Part shown: positions 1 to 9,375 of the stretch, piece by piece | How the letters are laid out: each line of letters starts with the position of its first letter | Position numbering within the stretch: position 1 is the stretch's first letter | Assembly (NCBI GenBank): GCA_016789445.1 | Contig: JAEUQT010000001.1 | Location: 131,603 to 195,602 of the forward strand | Reading direction: 5' to 3' | Source of the DNA: a bacterium | GTDB taxonomy: Bacteria; Patescibacteriota; Minisyncoccia; Phycocordibacterales; UBA2100 | DNA length: 64,000 bases | Notes under the pieces: model-generated | What the model was told of the DNA's origin: nothing | What the model saw: the letters and a program-made list of their open reading frames with translations, nothing else | Database searches by the model: none | Made by a program: the position numbers and the translations under genes

Positions 1-774
1 CACCGCACCGGCGGAAAGCGTGAAGAGATAGTCGGAATACGGGAGCCCTGCCAAGGCCATGAAATTCCAATCGTACTGGCGGAGGAAATTGAGACCGAAT
101 TCCGGATGCAGGATTTTTTCCGTAAAGCCCAGAATGAAAAGGGTCGCCCCCGTGCCGAGACGCAGGAGCGGCAATGCATACGAGCGATATGTATGCGCAA
201 GAGGCGCCACGGCGCGGAACGAGACGAGGCTGAAGTAGTCGTTCCCCATGATGAATACGAACGCGGCAGTCGAGAGTATCCAGACATCCTCGATCATCGG
301 GATGACGCCGATGACCGGAATGCCGATGAACCAAAGCGCCGCGAGCAGGATGGCGGCGAGACGCGCATAGATACCGAGGAGGAATGCGAGGCCGATGAGG
401 AATTGCAGATAGACGAAGAGCGGCGCGATCCCGAGATCTATCGCGAGATTCGGCGAGAACAGGAACCCATGGGTCCCGGCGATCATGAGGAACGCGCCCG
501 CCATCATCGTGAACGCCGATGCTGCACGATCAAACGAGTGCACTGCGCGTGGTTGCAGGAATCTCAGCGAGAGATACCCTCGCCGTTCAAGCCAGTACCC
601 GATGCCGACCGTTGCAGCTACGATGATCGTCCACGCACCGAGATAGAGGCCTGTCGGTTCTGATGCTTTGTACGGAAGCAGTTCTTCGTGTGCAAACCAG
701 CGTGTGTGCGCGGTCGTCACCGTCGGCACGATGAACATGAGAAGGCTGACGTAGAAGAACCGCTTGAGCATCAT
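1..774 (-). CDS. polytopic membrane protein; C-terminus lies beyond the window start
   Basis: Manual reverse translation from the ATG at 772-774 (MMLKRFFYVSLLMFIVPTVTTAHTRWF...) stays open to position 1 and shows several hydrophobic helices. The listed + ORF 106..663 is its R/E/D-rich antisense shadow. Confidence 0.55.
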   Translation of the reverse strand, partial: MMLKRFFYVSLLMFIVPTVTTAHTRWFAHEELLPYKASEPTGLYLGAWTIIVAATVGIGYWLERRGYLSLRFLQPRAVHSFDRAASAFTMMAGAFLMIAGTHGFLFSPNLAIDLGIAPLFVYLQFLIGLAFLLGIYARLAAILLAALWFIGIPVIGVIPMIEDVWILSTAAFVFIMGNDYFSLVSFRAVAPLAHTYRSYALPLLRLGTGATLFILGFTEKILHPEFGLNFLRQYDWNFMALAGLPYSDYLFTLSAGAV

Positions 775-820
775 CGTATTGTCGCGTGATTCCTCGCTCA
801 CCGCACTCCCCGCATGTGCA

Positions 821-1324
821 TTACAGTTTGCGACTATCGTACGCCCAATGCAGAAGCGCCTGGCGCTGCACCGGTCGGCATGAGATGTCCCCTGGTTGGC
901 ATGCGCGCACGAGCTGGCCGATGTGACGGCGGATGTTGATCCATCGCTGTATCTGCCGTGCATCCTCTTTCGGCAATCGACGACCCAGGTAGTAGCGGCA
1001 GTACCATTGGAACCAGCCGCGCGGATCATCCGCATAGATCCAGCCTTTGCGCTGCCATTCTTTAAGCGACTGCGATGCTTTCACTTTGAAGAAGTTCTTG
1101 CTTCGGTCGTACCCTTCCGGCGAAAGCTTCGCCTTCGTAAACCAATCCTTCGGGAATTCCTTCGTGCAATCGGTCATGTATTTACCGCCGAAGATTCCCA
1201 GCGCGAGCATCTGTTTCGGCGTGAGATCGGGCTTGAAGCGCTTATCGAACTGCTTCCCCATCGGCGCCGTGAGGGTGTAGCGGTACTTTTTCTGCATCCG
1301 GTCGTTTACCGTGATCGTGCGCAT
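821..1324 (-). CDS. conserved hypothetical protein (W/R-rich motif KEWQRKGWI..DPRGWFQWYCRYYLGRR)
   Basis: ORF 821..1345. Start moved to MRTITVN (1324), which abuts the upstream stop at 1326. I cannot name the family with certainty. Confidence 0.6.
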   Translation of the reverse strand: MRTITVNDRMQKKYRYTLTAPMGKQFDKRFKPDLTPKQMLALGIFGGKYMTDCTKEFPKDWFTKAKLSPEGYDRSKNFFKVKASQSLKEWQRKGWIYADDPRGWFQWYCRYYLGRRLPKEDARQIQRWINIRRHIGQLVRACQPGDISCRPVQRQALLHWAYDSRKL

Positions 1325-1325
1325 A

Positions 1326-2009
1326 TTAGCGGCGCATGATCGCACGTGCCGCGTACATGAACGGGATATCCACGATACCCACGAGCCACTTGGTCACCGT
1401 GAGCCCGATGACGAGCGGAAGAAGCGGCATCACACCCCAGAATGCGAAGGAAACGAAAACCACACTATCGATCGCCATCGCCGGGAGCGATGAGAACACA
1501 TTGCGCATCCAGAGATGTTTACCACCGGTGAGGGTGCGTAGCCATTGGTACAGATTCGCATCCAAGAGCTCGCTCACGAGGAATGCGAGAAGGCCTGCGA
1601 GCACGATACGAGGCACCATGCCGAAAACCGCCTCGAACGCGGCCTGATTCGTGAAGAACGGTGCGGCCGCTGCGTTGAGTACGAGATACGAAAAGACAAG
1701 GAATGCTACCTGTGCAAGAAGTCCCAGAAGGATCATGCGATATACCTCTTTTTTACCGAACTTCTCGTTGATGATGTCGGTAAGAAGAAACGTGACCGAG
1801 AATATAAGAACCGCACCCGGCGCGAAGAATTCCGCGAATCCGAAATCGAAAGAAATCGTCTTCGAAGCGAAGATGGAAGACGCGACCGCGAGCGTCACAT
1901 AGAATGCAAGGATCGCATCAGAGCGGTTGAAGGCGCGGACATACCACGCGCCGCCGAGCGCGAACAGCGCGATGACGGCTGACCAGATGACCGCGAGCGG
2001 AAGTGTCAT
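1326..2009 (-). CDS. yhhQ: queuosine-precursor transporter, VUT/YhhQ (DUF165) family
   Basis: ORF 1326..2021. Motifs FLLTDIINEKFGKK, SELLDANLYQWL and AMAIDSVVFVSFAF are typical of YhhQ. Start probably MTLPLAV (2009), just 3' of a hairpin. Confidence 0.75.
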   Translation of the reverse strand: MTLPLAVIWSAVIALFALGGAWYVRAFNRSDAILAFYVTLAVASSIFASKTISFDFGFAEFFAPGAVLIFSVTFLLTDIINEKFGKKEVYRMILLGLLAQVAFLVFSYLVLNAAAAPFFTNQAAFEAVFGMVPRIVLAGLLAFLVSELLDANLYQWLRTLTGGKHLWMRNVFSSLPAMAIDSVVFVSFAFWGVMPLLPLVIGLTVTKWLVGIVDIPFMYAARAIMRR

Positions 2010-2011
2010 AC

Positions 2012-2041
2012 GCGGCAGCATACCGGAAGGTATGCTGCCGC
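2012..2041 (-). promoter_or_regulatory. perfect 13-bp hairpin (GCGGCAGCATACC ggaa GGTATGCTGCCGC) 2 nt upstream of the yhhQ start
   Basis: Read directly from the sequence. There is no U-run. It could be a terminator remnant of the upstream gene or a translational control structure. Confidence 0.3.
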
Positions 2042-2050
2042 GCTACAGAG

Positions 2051-2608
2051 CTAGATGGACAATCGGTAGACCCGGGCATCGAAGGCACCGAGATTGCGGA
2101 AGAGCGAGAGGACGTCGGTCTTTTCCGGTGCGATGACGGCCACTACGACGTTCTTCGGTTCTGCTTCCCCGCTGTAGAGGCGCATGCGTCGTCCCGCGAG
2201 TGCGAGTTCGGAAAGCGCGCCGACCAAGACGCCGAGCACCGTACCCATGATCGCGGTACCGATGATGATCGCGAGATTGCCGCTGATCCCGGCAAGCGCG
2301 AGGAAATCCGCCATGGGACCGATGGCGATAAGGCTGCTCAGGAATGGCGTAAGGCCCAAGACGGTCGTCACGCCGACGACGGAACCGAGGACGGCGCCGG
2401 TGAGCGCGCCGACGGAGACGTTGGCAGTGAGAGAACCTTGCTGTTTCTCGATGAGCGCATCCGTACGCACTTCACGCACCTCCCCTTCCGTACTGCGGTA
2501 GAGGAACGAGATGTCATCTGCAGGGATATTAAGTTGCTTGTAGACGGTGTCGATCGCCTTTTCAGCGTCGGCACGTTCTTCGAATACTCCGATGGTGGTC
2601 TGCTTCAT
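2051..2608 (-). CDS. membrane protein with Gly-zipper transmembrane core (general-stress-protein-like)
   Basis: ORF 2051..2647. Start set at MKQTTIGVFEERADAEKAI (2608). The central G/A/V/I-rich hydrophobic segment is flanked by soluble ends. Confidence 0.55.
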   Translation of the reverse strand: MKQTTIGVFEERADAEKAIDTVYKQLNIPADDISFLYRSTEGEVREVRTDALIEKQQGSLTANVSVGALTGAVLGSVVGVTTVLGLTPFLSSLIAIGPMADFLALAGISGNLAIIIGTAIMGTVLGVLVGALSELALAGRRMRLYSGEAEPKNVVVAVIAPEKTDVLSLFRNLGAFDARVYRLSI

Positions 2609-2672
2609 AAGGCAAGTTTTAACGACTAACGTTCTCAATACAACCAAAGTCGGATGAAAGAATCGTTAAGCG

Positions 2673-2696
2673 AAAACGCCCCTTGCGGGGCGTTTT
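2673..2696 (-). terminator. hairpin AAAACGCCCC ttgc GGGGCGTTTT abutting the typA stop
   Basis: Perfect 10-bp stem including A/T extensions. It lies directly after the typA stop codon (2697-2699). Confidence 0.6.
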
Positions 2697-4487
2697 CTAG
2701 TTTCCTTCGCGCTTTGCCTTTGCTGCTGCGCTTTCGGTGAGATAGATCTTTCGCAGACGTACGCTCTCAGGAGTGACTTCGAGGTATTCATCCTTCTGCA
2801 TGAGCTCCAATCCGCGCTCGATGGAGAGCTCGTATGCCGGGACGAGATTGATGGCATCGTCGGTACCGGACGAACGCACGTTCGTGAGGTTCTTCCCCTT
2901 CGTCGGATTCACGTACATTTCGTCGCCCTTGGAGGTATCGCCGATGACCTGGCCTTCGTACACTTCGGTTCCCGGCGTGATGAAAAGACGGCCGCGATCC
3001 TGGAGATTCCAGAGCGAGAAGCCCAAGGCTTTTCCGGTCGCCATGGAAACCATCGAGCCCTGTGCACGGCGACGGATCTCTCCCGCGAACGGACGGAAGC
3101 CGATGACGCGTGCCGCGATGATACCCTCACCCTTCGTATCGATGATGAACTGGTTGCGGTAACCGAGAAGACCACGGGTCGGACCTTCGAAGATGAGACG
3201 CACCGTCGCTTCGTGGACGAGCATGTTGGTCATCTGGAAACCACGAGTACCGAGCTTTTCGATGACGGCGCCTTGGTATTCAGACGGGATATCGACGACG
3301 ACTTCTTCGAACGGCTCTTTCTTGACGCCCTCCTCTTCCTTCACGATGACCTGCGGCTGTGAGACCTGCATCTCGAAACCTTCACGGCGCATGTTCTCAA
3401 GGAGGATCGCGATATGGAGTTCGCCGCGACCAGAGACCTGGAAATTATCCGGCGACTGGAAGTCGACTTTGAGACCGACGTTGATCTCGAGCTCCTTCTC
3501 AAGGCGATCACGAAGCTGGCGCGAAGTGACGTACTTACCTTCGCGTCCGCCGAACGGAGAATTGTTGACGAGGAAGCTGAGTGTAATCGTCGGCTGATCG
3601 ACGGCGATTGCCGGAAGCGTCTCGACGTTGGCATCAGTCGTGACGGTCTCGCCGATTTCGATATCAGGCACGCCCGCGATGATGCAGATGTCTCCCGGTC
3701 CGACTTCCGTCGCTTCGACACGCTTGAGGCCCGTGAACGTGAACATCTTAGTGATCTTGCCGCTGCGGGTCTCTCCTGTAGGCTTCTTTACGAAGATGCT
3801 GCCGCCGGTCTTCAAAGTACCTTCGTACACGCGGCAGACCGCGAGGCGGCCGAGGAAGTTGTCGTACGCGAGGTTGAACGGCTGTGCGCGAAGTGCGGAA
3901 TCAGCAGACGCATTGGAGGCTACCGGAACCTTCTCAAGGATCATGTCGAGGAGCGGCGTGAGATCCTTGCGTTCATCATCGAGTTTGCGCATCGCGACAC
4001 CTTCGCGGCCGATGGCATACATGACCGGAAACTCTGCCTGCTCATCGGATGCGCCGAGCTCCAAGAAGAGTTCCAAGACCTGATCTTCTGCGCGAGCCGG
4101 ATCTGCGGCCGGCTTGTCGATCTTATTGAGGACGACGATCGGCTTGAGGCCGAGCTCGAGCGACTTCTTCAAGACGAATCGCGTCTGCGGCATCGGGCCT
4201 TCCTGCGCATCGACGACGAGAAGGACGCTGTCGATGGAGCGGAGCACGCGTTCGACCTCGGAACCGAAGTCAGCGTGGCCCGGCGTGTCAACGATGTTGA
4301 TCTTGGTACCCTTGTATTCCACCGAGGCATTCTTGGCGTAGATGGTGATGCCGCGCTCCTGTTCGAGCTTATTGGAGTCCATGGAAACCCCCTCCTCCGC
4401 TGCCCCGGTCTGCTTCAGGATGGCATCGGTAAGGGTCGTCTTCCCGTGGTCGACGTGGGCGATGATGGCGATGTTGCGGATTTCCAT
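2697..4487 (-). CDS. typA: translational GTPase TypA/BipA
   Basis: ORF 2697..4574. Start set at [19 protein letters not shown] (G1 motif). DTPGHADF and NKID motifs are present, and the length and C-terminal region match BipA. Confidence 0.95.
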   Translation of the reverse strand: MEIRNIAIIAHVDHGKTTLTDAILKQTGAAEEGVSMDSNKLEQERGITIYAKNASVEYKGTKINIVDTPGHADFGSEVERVLRSIDSVLLVVDAQEGPMPQTRFVLKKSLELGLKPIVVLNKIDKPAADPARAEDQVLELFLELGASDEQAEFPVMYAIGREGVAMRKLDDERKDLTPLLDMILEKVPVASNASADSALRAQPFNLAYDNFLGRLAVCRVYEGTLKTGGSIFVKKPTGETRSGKITKMFTFTGLKRVEATEVGPGDICIIAGVPDIEIGETVTTDANVETLPAIAVDQPTITLSFLVNNSPFGGREGKYVTSRQLRDRLEKELEINVGLKVDFQSPDNFQVSGRGELHIAILLENMRREGFEMQVSQPQVIVKEEEGVKKEPFEEVVVDIPSEYQGAVIEKLGTRGFQMTNMLVHEATVRLIFEGPTRGLLGYRNQFIIDTKGEGIIAARVIGFRPFAGEIRRRAQGSMVSMATGKALGFSLWNLQDRGRLFITPGTEVYEGQVIGDTSKGDEMYVNPTKGKNLTNVRSSGTDDAINLVPAYELSIERGLELMQKDEYLEVTPESVRLRKIYLTESAAAKAKREGN

Positions 4488-4561
4488 AAAAAAGAGGGCG
4501 AGAGGCCCTTGGTTCGACAATACTAACCTAAAACCGTCAAAAATCAAACTTTTCACTTTGG

Positions 4562-4597
4562 CTAATCGGGTCATTTGTATACAAATGACCCGATTAG
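4562..4597. promoter_or_regulatory. 36-bp perfect palindrome CTAATCGGGTCATTTGTA|TACAAATGACCCGATTAG
   Basis: Read directly. It lies 4 nt after the NUDIX stop (4602) and about 75 nt upstream of the typA start. It is either a terminator-like hairpin or a dimeric-regulator operator. Confidence 0.5.
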
Positions 4598-4601
4598 GGG
4601 T

Positions 4602-5051
4602 TCAGGAATCCCAGAAATTCCTGCCGGTTTTCAACGCTTCGAAATAGGTCGGGAGCGCAGAGAAGTGCGGCGTCGGGATGTTTTCGATGTCACACCACTG
4701 CCATCCTTCCATCTTCTCTGGCTCCATCACCTTCGGGTCGCCATTCTTCCAGTCGGCAATGAGCCCGATGTCGACGTAGTGCTTTGGCGCATAATCTTTC
4801 AGATTGAGGAGACGGAGGAAGCGGACGTTCTCGATCTCGATCCCGGCTTCTTCCCTGACTTCGCGTTTCGCGCATTCTTCGAACGATTCCATATACTCCA
4901 TGTGTCCGCCGGGCCAGCTCCATTCGCCCGCGCCGTGCGAACTCACGCGCTTCCCCATGAGAACCTTCCCCTCCTTGAATACCATCACACCGACGCCGAC
5001 TTTCGGTCGTGGATTTTCTTCCATAGGGGAAGCATACGGGAAACGGGACAA
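4602..5051 (-). CDS. NUDIX hydrolase
   Basis: Nudix box GGHMEYMESFEECAKREVREEAGI. An alternative start is MEENPRPK at 5024. Confidence 0.85.
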   Translation of the reverse strand: MSRFPYASPMEENPRPKVGVGVMVFKEGKVLMGKRVSSHGAGEWSWPGGHMEYMESFEECAKREVREEAGIEIENVRFLRLLNLKDYAPKHYVDIGLIADWKNGDPKVMEPEKMEGWQWCDIENIPTPHFSALPTYFEALKTGRNFWDS

Positions 5052-5090
5052 AAAGAAACGGCGGCCGCGAAGCGGCCGCCGTACATGTCA

Positions 5091-5273
5091 TCAGAACCAA
5101 CTGACGACGATCTGGTATGCAGCGCGATACATCGCAACCGCTTGATCCTCAAGCCATTGCAGGGCGTCGTGCAAGTAATACACGAAGAGCCCCAAGATGA
5201 TGAACCCGATGATCAGTGCCAGAAAGCTGAGATCGCTCGGGGTCTCCGGCTTACGCGAATCCTCGTGATACAT
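5091..5273 (-). CDS. small membrane protein (60 aa)
   Basis: ORF-track entry with one hydrophobic helix (LSFLALIIGFIILGLFVYYL). GGGAG lies upstream of the ATG. Confidence 0.4.
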   Translation of the reverse strand: MYHEDSRKPETPSDLSFLALIIGFIILGLFVYYLHDALQWLEDQAVAMYRAAYQIVVSWF

Positions 5274-5283
5274 CGCGCACTCC

Positions 5284-5442
5284 CTAGAGCCACAGGAACG
5301 ACGTCGGGGCCATGAAGAACGGCGCGGCCGCGAGCATCATGATCCCGAACGAGACCATCATGCCGATCATGCCGTAGATGAAACCCTTCGTCATCCATTC
5401 GCTGTTGTCGCCTAGCGGCGACACCGGGGGTATCTTGAACAT
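5284..5442 (-). CDS. small membrane protein (52 aa; below the ORF-track cutoff)
   Basis: Manual translation gives MFKIPPVSPLGDNSEWMTKGFIYGMIGMMVSFGIMMLAAAPFFMAPTSFLWL. A strong AAAGGAGG lies 7 nt upstream of the ATG. Confidence 0.45.
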   Translation of the reverse strand: MFKIPPVSPLGDNSEWMTKGFIYGMIGMMVSFGIMMLAAAPFFMAPTSFLWL

Positions 5443-5573
5443 GCCACATCCTCCTTTCAGATGTACTGCCCCTCATACCCTACTCCTCTCTCGAGAAGGG
5501 TCAACTAGTGCGCGTGACCGAACCACTCCTCGACCCATGCACGTATTCACGATTCATAGCTCGAGTATACGGC

Positions 5574-6167
5574 CTAGTTCCCGTACCAGCTTGTTCTCCA
5601 GATGCGCATCATTTCGATCTCACGGCTCTGGGAAGTGATGATGTTGTCAGCAAGCGTGCGCATCTCATCACGAGCTGTGCTCGATTCCAACATCGAAGCC
5701 ATCATGACAGCCATCTCGTGATGCGGAATCATTTGGTCTATGAACTCACGATCGAATTGGGCGTCGGAAACGCTTCTGAGCTCGTCGTTGTCCCCGGTCA
5801 TGCCATCCATGTGCATGCCGTGCTCCGTTCCCATCCCGCCTTGCGGTGGCGCCGAGCCGAACCAATCCTGATACCAAGATTTCATTTCAGCGATCTCGCG
5901 CTCCTGTGCTTCGATGATGCCATTCGCCAATGAGATTATCTCTGGACGCTTCGAGCGCTCAAGCGCGATTTCTGCCATGGCGATCGCACCCTCGTGGTGC
6001 GGGATCATCTGTACGATGAAGTGCTGGTCGATATTCTGCCGCATCTCTGAGCCACCAGACATCATATGCATGCCTCCACGGCCTACGCTGGATTGTGTGA
6101 GGGTATATCCGATGCCGGTACCGAGAACAAGCATGGCTACACCGACAATAAGTGCGTTCTTTTCCAT
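5574..6167 (-). CDS. DUF305 domain protein (secreted or membrane-anchored; metal-associated family)
   Basis: ORF 5574..6464 trimmed to MEKNALIVGVAMLVLG (6167). It has two repeats of the F...MIPHH(E)GA/MA motif typical of DUF305. Confidence 0.85.
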   Translation of the reverse strand: MEKNALIVGVAMLVLGTGIGYTLTQSSVGRGGMHMMSGGSEMRQNIDQHFIVQMIPHHEGAIAMAEIALERSKRPEIISLANGIIEAQEREIAEMKSWYQDWFGSAPPQGGMGTEHGMHMDGMTGDNDELRSVSDAQFDREFIDQMIPHHEMAVMMASMLESSTARDEMRTLADNIITSQSREIEMMRIWRTSWYGN

Positions 6168-6210
6168 AGTGAAGTTGATTAGTTTCCGGATTAAGTGAAA
6201 CGTTACCGAG

Positions 6211-6558
6211 CTACGGTTCTTTGCGGTTATGGATACCGCGCGAGACAAGCTCTTGGTAGAGCGTCGGTCGTGGGTTCCATTGATATGAACGAAGCCGGAC
6301 AGTCTCAGATACGCACATCGGCGTTCCGACTCGAAACACAGCAAGGCCGATGAACAGGACGAAAACCGACAAGATGGAAGAGAACATACTCTGCCACAGC
6401 GAGAGATGTTCGAGAGCCGCTTCAGAGCAGAGCGCCGCCTGCGCGGTCTGCAGCGGACAACCAAAGTGATGATCGGTGTGCGAAAGCAGGACCGGTAGTC
6501 CGAAAGCAGCGACGAAAAGCAGGATCACGATAAGCACTGAGGCAAGCTGTGCTTTCAT
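6211..6558 (-). CDS. hypothetical membrane protein
   Basis: N-terminal and central transmembrane helices, a HHFGCP...C cysteine/histidine motif, and a position upstream of DUF305. Confidence 0.5.
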   Translation of the reverse strand: MKAQLASVLIVILLFVAAFGLPVLLSHTDHHFGCPLQTAQAALCSEAALEHLSLWQSMFSSILSVFVLFIGLAVFRVGTPMCVSETVRLRSYQWNPRPTLYQELVSRGIHNRKEP

Positions 6559-6593
6559 ACCTTCACGATACTCCTCCCTCAGGAAAACGCCAG

Positions 6594-7139
6594 CTAGAAC
6601 CAGCGACGTACTTTCTTCTTATATTCAAGATAGGTCTTCCCGAATTTCTTCTCGAGATACGCCTCCTCGCGCGCAACGACACCGTAGTGGAGGACGAAAT
6701 GCACGAAGACGATCATGCTCAGTATCCAGAGCGAATTGAGCCAGATCGCGAACCCAATGAGGATGAGCGTCATACCGAGATACATCGGATTGCGGCTCAG
6801 TGAATACGGAAGCGCCGTGACGATCGCAGTCGGAATCTTCCGCACATCGATCTCGGTTTTCGCATCAGCAAAGCGCTGCGCCGCCCACGCGATGAGGAAG
6901 ATGCCGAGCGCGATCACCGTGAGCCCGAGCGGCAGATCGTACGACTCAGGGATGAACGGCTTCGGTAAGAACCAATCGAGCACAAACCCGACGACAAGGC
7001 CGAAAAGGAAAATAAAAGGTGGTAATGCGATCACGTTCGGCGAATCAGTAGTGCTTTGCATGATCGTAGGATACGCGTTTGCGCCGCGGCTTTCAAGAAA
7101 GCGAAACGGCGGCTCTGTTGCCGCCGTTTCCATCATCAC
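6594..7139 (-). CDS. isoprenylcysteine carboxyl / phospholipid methyltransferase family membrane protein
   Basis: C-terminal motif SRNPMYLG...VAREEAYLEKKFGKTYLEYKKKVRRWF. An alternative start is MQSTTDSP (7061). Confidence 0.8.
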   Translation of the reverse strand: MMMETAATEPPFRFLESRGANAYPTIMQSTTDSPNVIALPPFIFLFGLVVGFVLDWFLPKPFIPESYDLPLGLTVIALGIFLIAWAAQRFADAKTEIDVRKIPTAIVTALPYSLSRNPMYLGMTLILIGFAIWLNSLWILSMIVFVHFVLHYGVVAREEAYLEKKFGKTYLEYKKKVRRWF

Positions 7140-7321
7140 CGCTTCCGGAAGAGCTTCGCTTTGAGAAGCATCATCATGCCTCCCGCCACCATTCCGCCGA
7201 GGAATGCGGCAAACGTCTTCTTCTGCGGCACGAATCGCCGCGGGACCGTAACCGGTAGTTTCGCGAGCGAGTTCGGACGCTTGAAATTCGCGAAGTCGAT
7301 GACGTTTGAATCCGTAATCAT
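7136..7321 (-). CDS. small protein with C-terminal transmembrane helix (61 aa)
   Basis: ORF 7136..7387 trimmed to MITDSNV, which is preceded by AAAGGAGGG. Confidence 0.4.
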   Translation of the reverse strand: MITDSNVIDFANFKRPNSLAKLPVTVPRRFVPQKKTFAAFLGGMVAGGMMMLLKAKLFRKR

Positions 7322-7420
7322 GACGCCCTCCTTTCGAGCCGACGGATCTCTCTGAAGCATACCTCCATGGATACGATGCACAAACAAGAAGCGCCGGGAT
7401 AATTCCGGCGCTCCGTTTTA

Positions 7421-7753
7421 CTAGTGGACACTTACGATCTCCAGCGCGCCTTCCATGGCATGACTGAGTGCAGCCTGTCGCGTATCAGTGAGTGCGATGG
7501 GCGTGCCGTCCGCCGCATGGAGTGCGAAGAGATTGATACCCAATGGGACTTCTTCAAGCGCTGGAAATCTCTTAAGCGCCTCCTCGGAAGATATCGTGGT
7601 AAGGTACGCGACCTGTCCACCACCGAGCCGAGCAAGCTCGATCTCAGTCATAACAGGCGCGTGGTGAGGTTCCTTGTGCCGTTTCCTCAGGCTTTTCTTC
7701 TTGGCCGAATCAGTTTTCCGAGCACGCATGGCAACCTCCTTTCCGTACGGCAA
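7421..7753 (-). CDS. DUF1150-like protein
   Basis: LGGGQVAYLTT...LFALHAADGTPIALTDTRQAA...VSVH resembles DUF1150 as I recall that family. Confidence 0.6.
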   Translation of the reverse strand: MPYGKEVAMRARKTDSAKKKSLRKRHKEPHHAPVMTEIELARLGGGQVAYLTTISSEEALKRFPALEEVPLGINLFALHAADGTPIALTDTRQAALSHAMEGALEIVSVH

Positions 7754-7858
7754 AGAACCGTATCAGCTGCATTCACACTAGCAACAGGCCAAAAAGGCGC
7801 AAGTGCACAACACAACGGCGGCCCAAGGGCCGCTGTTGTGTCTTTTAAGTGGAGGATT

Positions 7859-9217
7859 TTATTCGATGAACGTGAGCGCCTTGCCGGTCTGCCCTGCGCG
7901 GCCCGTACGACCGATGCGGTGCACGTAATCCTCGTAGGAATTCGGCTGGTCGAAGTTGATGACGTGGGTCACCTTCGGGATGTCGAGGCCACGTGCGGCG
8001 ACGTCCGTCGCGACAAGCACCTGCACATGCTCTTTCTTGAAGAGATCGAGTGCGCGCAAACGCTGACCGTGGGTCTTGTTGCCGTGGATGGATTCCGCAC
8101 TGAAACCTGAATCCTTGAGGATCTTCGAGAGCTTCTCGACGCCGTGTTTGGTGCGGCCGAAGACCAGCACCTTCGTAAACTCCGGATCACGGAGAAGATC
8201 TGCAAGATGATCGAACTTGGACTTGCCCGGTTCGACGCGGACGATGTCCTGATCGACATTCTTGGAAGTCTCATGCTTTTTCACCGAGACACGAAGCGGA
8301 TCGGTGAGGAATTCACCGATGAGCTTCTCGATCTCCGGCGAGAGTGTCGCCGAGAAGAAGAGCGTCTGGCGTTCAGGCGCCATGCTGCCGAGGATGCGGC
8401 GCATGCTGTCGATGAATCCCATGTCGAGCATGCGGTCGGCTTCGTCGAGGACGACGTTCGCGCACTTCGTGAGATTGAGCTCACGGCGCTCCATGAGGTC
8501 CATGAGACGGCCCGGAGTTCCTATAAGGAATTGGCCTCCACGGCGAAGATCACGGATCTGCGAATTGATGTTCGCGCCGCCGACCGCGACGATCGAGTGA
8601 AGGCCGAGGCCCGTGACGAAGCCCTTGAATTCATCGGCGATCTGGACGGCAAGTTCACGCGTCGGCGCCATGATGAGCACCTTCTCGTCCGGATTCTTCA
8701 GGACCTTGTCGATGAGCGGGATGAGGAATGCGCCGGTCTTGCCGGTACCGGTCTCCGCGAGCCCGACCATGTCGCGACCCGTAAGAGTAAGCGGCACCGA
8801 TTGGTCTTGGATCGGAGTCGGGGTCACGTAACCCTTCTTCGCGATGTTCGCCTTGAGGCGTGCATCGATGTCGAAATCATTGAAGGTGTGCTTCGGCTCA
8901 TACGGAGCCTCCGGCGCTACTGCTTCTGCCTTACGAATGAACTTCGAGTAGTGGATATCCTGTCCGCGATGCGCGTTGCGCTGCGGACGACCCCCGCGGA
9001 ATCCTCCGCCGCGTGAACCGCCACGGAAACCGCCCTGAGGACGCGAGCCGCCATACGAACTCCCGCTACGACCGCCTTGCGGACGAGAGTATGAACCACC
9101 ACGCTGACCGCCTCCCCCGGAGGAGCGGCGCTTGTGACGAGGCGTACTGTTAAATCGGAGGCGGAAACCGCCTACCATGTCGTCGCTATTCTGCGAACGA
9201 CTATCGTTCTGATGCAT
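7859..9217 (-). CDS. DEAD-box ATP-dependent RNA helicase with N-terminal RGG-rich extension
   Basis: Motifs AETGTGKT, PTRELA, VLDEADRMLDMGF, SAT and HRIGRTGRAG. The first ~85 aa are R/G/S low complexity. Confidence 0.95.
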   Translation of the reverse strand: MHQNDSRSQNSDDMVGGFRLRFNSTPRHKRRSSGGGGQRGGSYSRPQGGRSGSSYGGSRPQGGFRGGSRGGGFRGGRPQRNAHRGQDIHYSKFIRKAEAVAPEAPYEPKHTFNDFDIDARLKANIAKKGYVTPTPIQDQSVPLTLTGRDMVGLAETGTGKTGAFLIPLIDKVLKNPDEKVLIMAPTRELAVQIADEFKGFVTGLGLHSIVAVGGANINSQIRDLRRGGQFLIGTPGRLMDLMERRELNLTKCANVVLDEADRMLDMGFIDSMRRILGSMAPERQTLFFSATLSPEIEKLIGEFLTDPLRVSVKKHETSKNVDQDIVRVEPGKSKFDHLADLLRDPEFTKVLVFGRTKHGVEKLSKILKDSGFSAESIHGNKTHGQRLRALDLFKKEHVQVLVATDVAARGLDIPKVTHVINFDQPNSYEDYVHRIGRTGRAGQTGKALTFIE

Positions 9218-9375
9218 ATTCTATGATGCGTTGCGGGCGCGAGCGGCCCTGGCTAATTCAACGCGTCTCGAGAGATTTCGGCCCCTGCTTGAACACCGGG
9301 ACGGCCTTGAGTTCTCTCAAGACAAAAACCACAGAGAAGGTTGATATCAGTAGTGTAGCAGAAATAAGGATTTTG

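Noticed and set aside
106-663. 185-aa + strand ORF rich in R/E/D/H
   Set aside because: It has low-complexity charged composition typical of the antisense frame of a GC-rich membrane-protein gene. The minus strand carries a continuous hydrophobic ORF from 774 to the window edge.
3414-4526. Long antisense ORFs opposite well-supported genes (for example 3414..4526+, 8144..9016+, 17857..18675+, 23197..24022+, 37551..38285+, 40458..41369+, 53776..54540+, 54377..55249+)
   Set aside because: All lie opposite genes with clear catalytic motifs (typA, DEAD helicase, pyrG, histidine kinase, pilT, pilO, ftsH). They have R/D/E/H- or S/R/P-rich shadow composition with no motifs.
7808-7846. Hairpin ACACAACGGCGGCCC aag GGCCGCTGTTGTGT downstream of the DEAD-box helicase, as a terminator
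   Set aside because: It probably is a terminator-like hairpin, but the T-run is on the + strand, where no gene ends. On the helicase strand it lacks a U-tract. I left it unannotated as uncertain.
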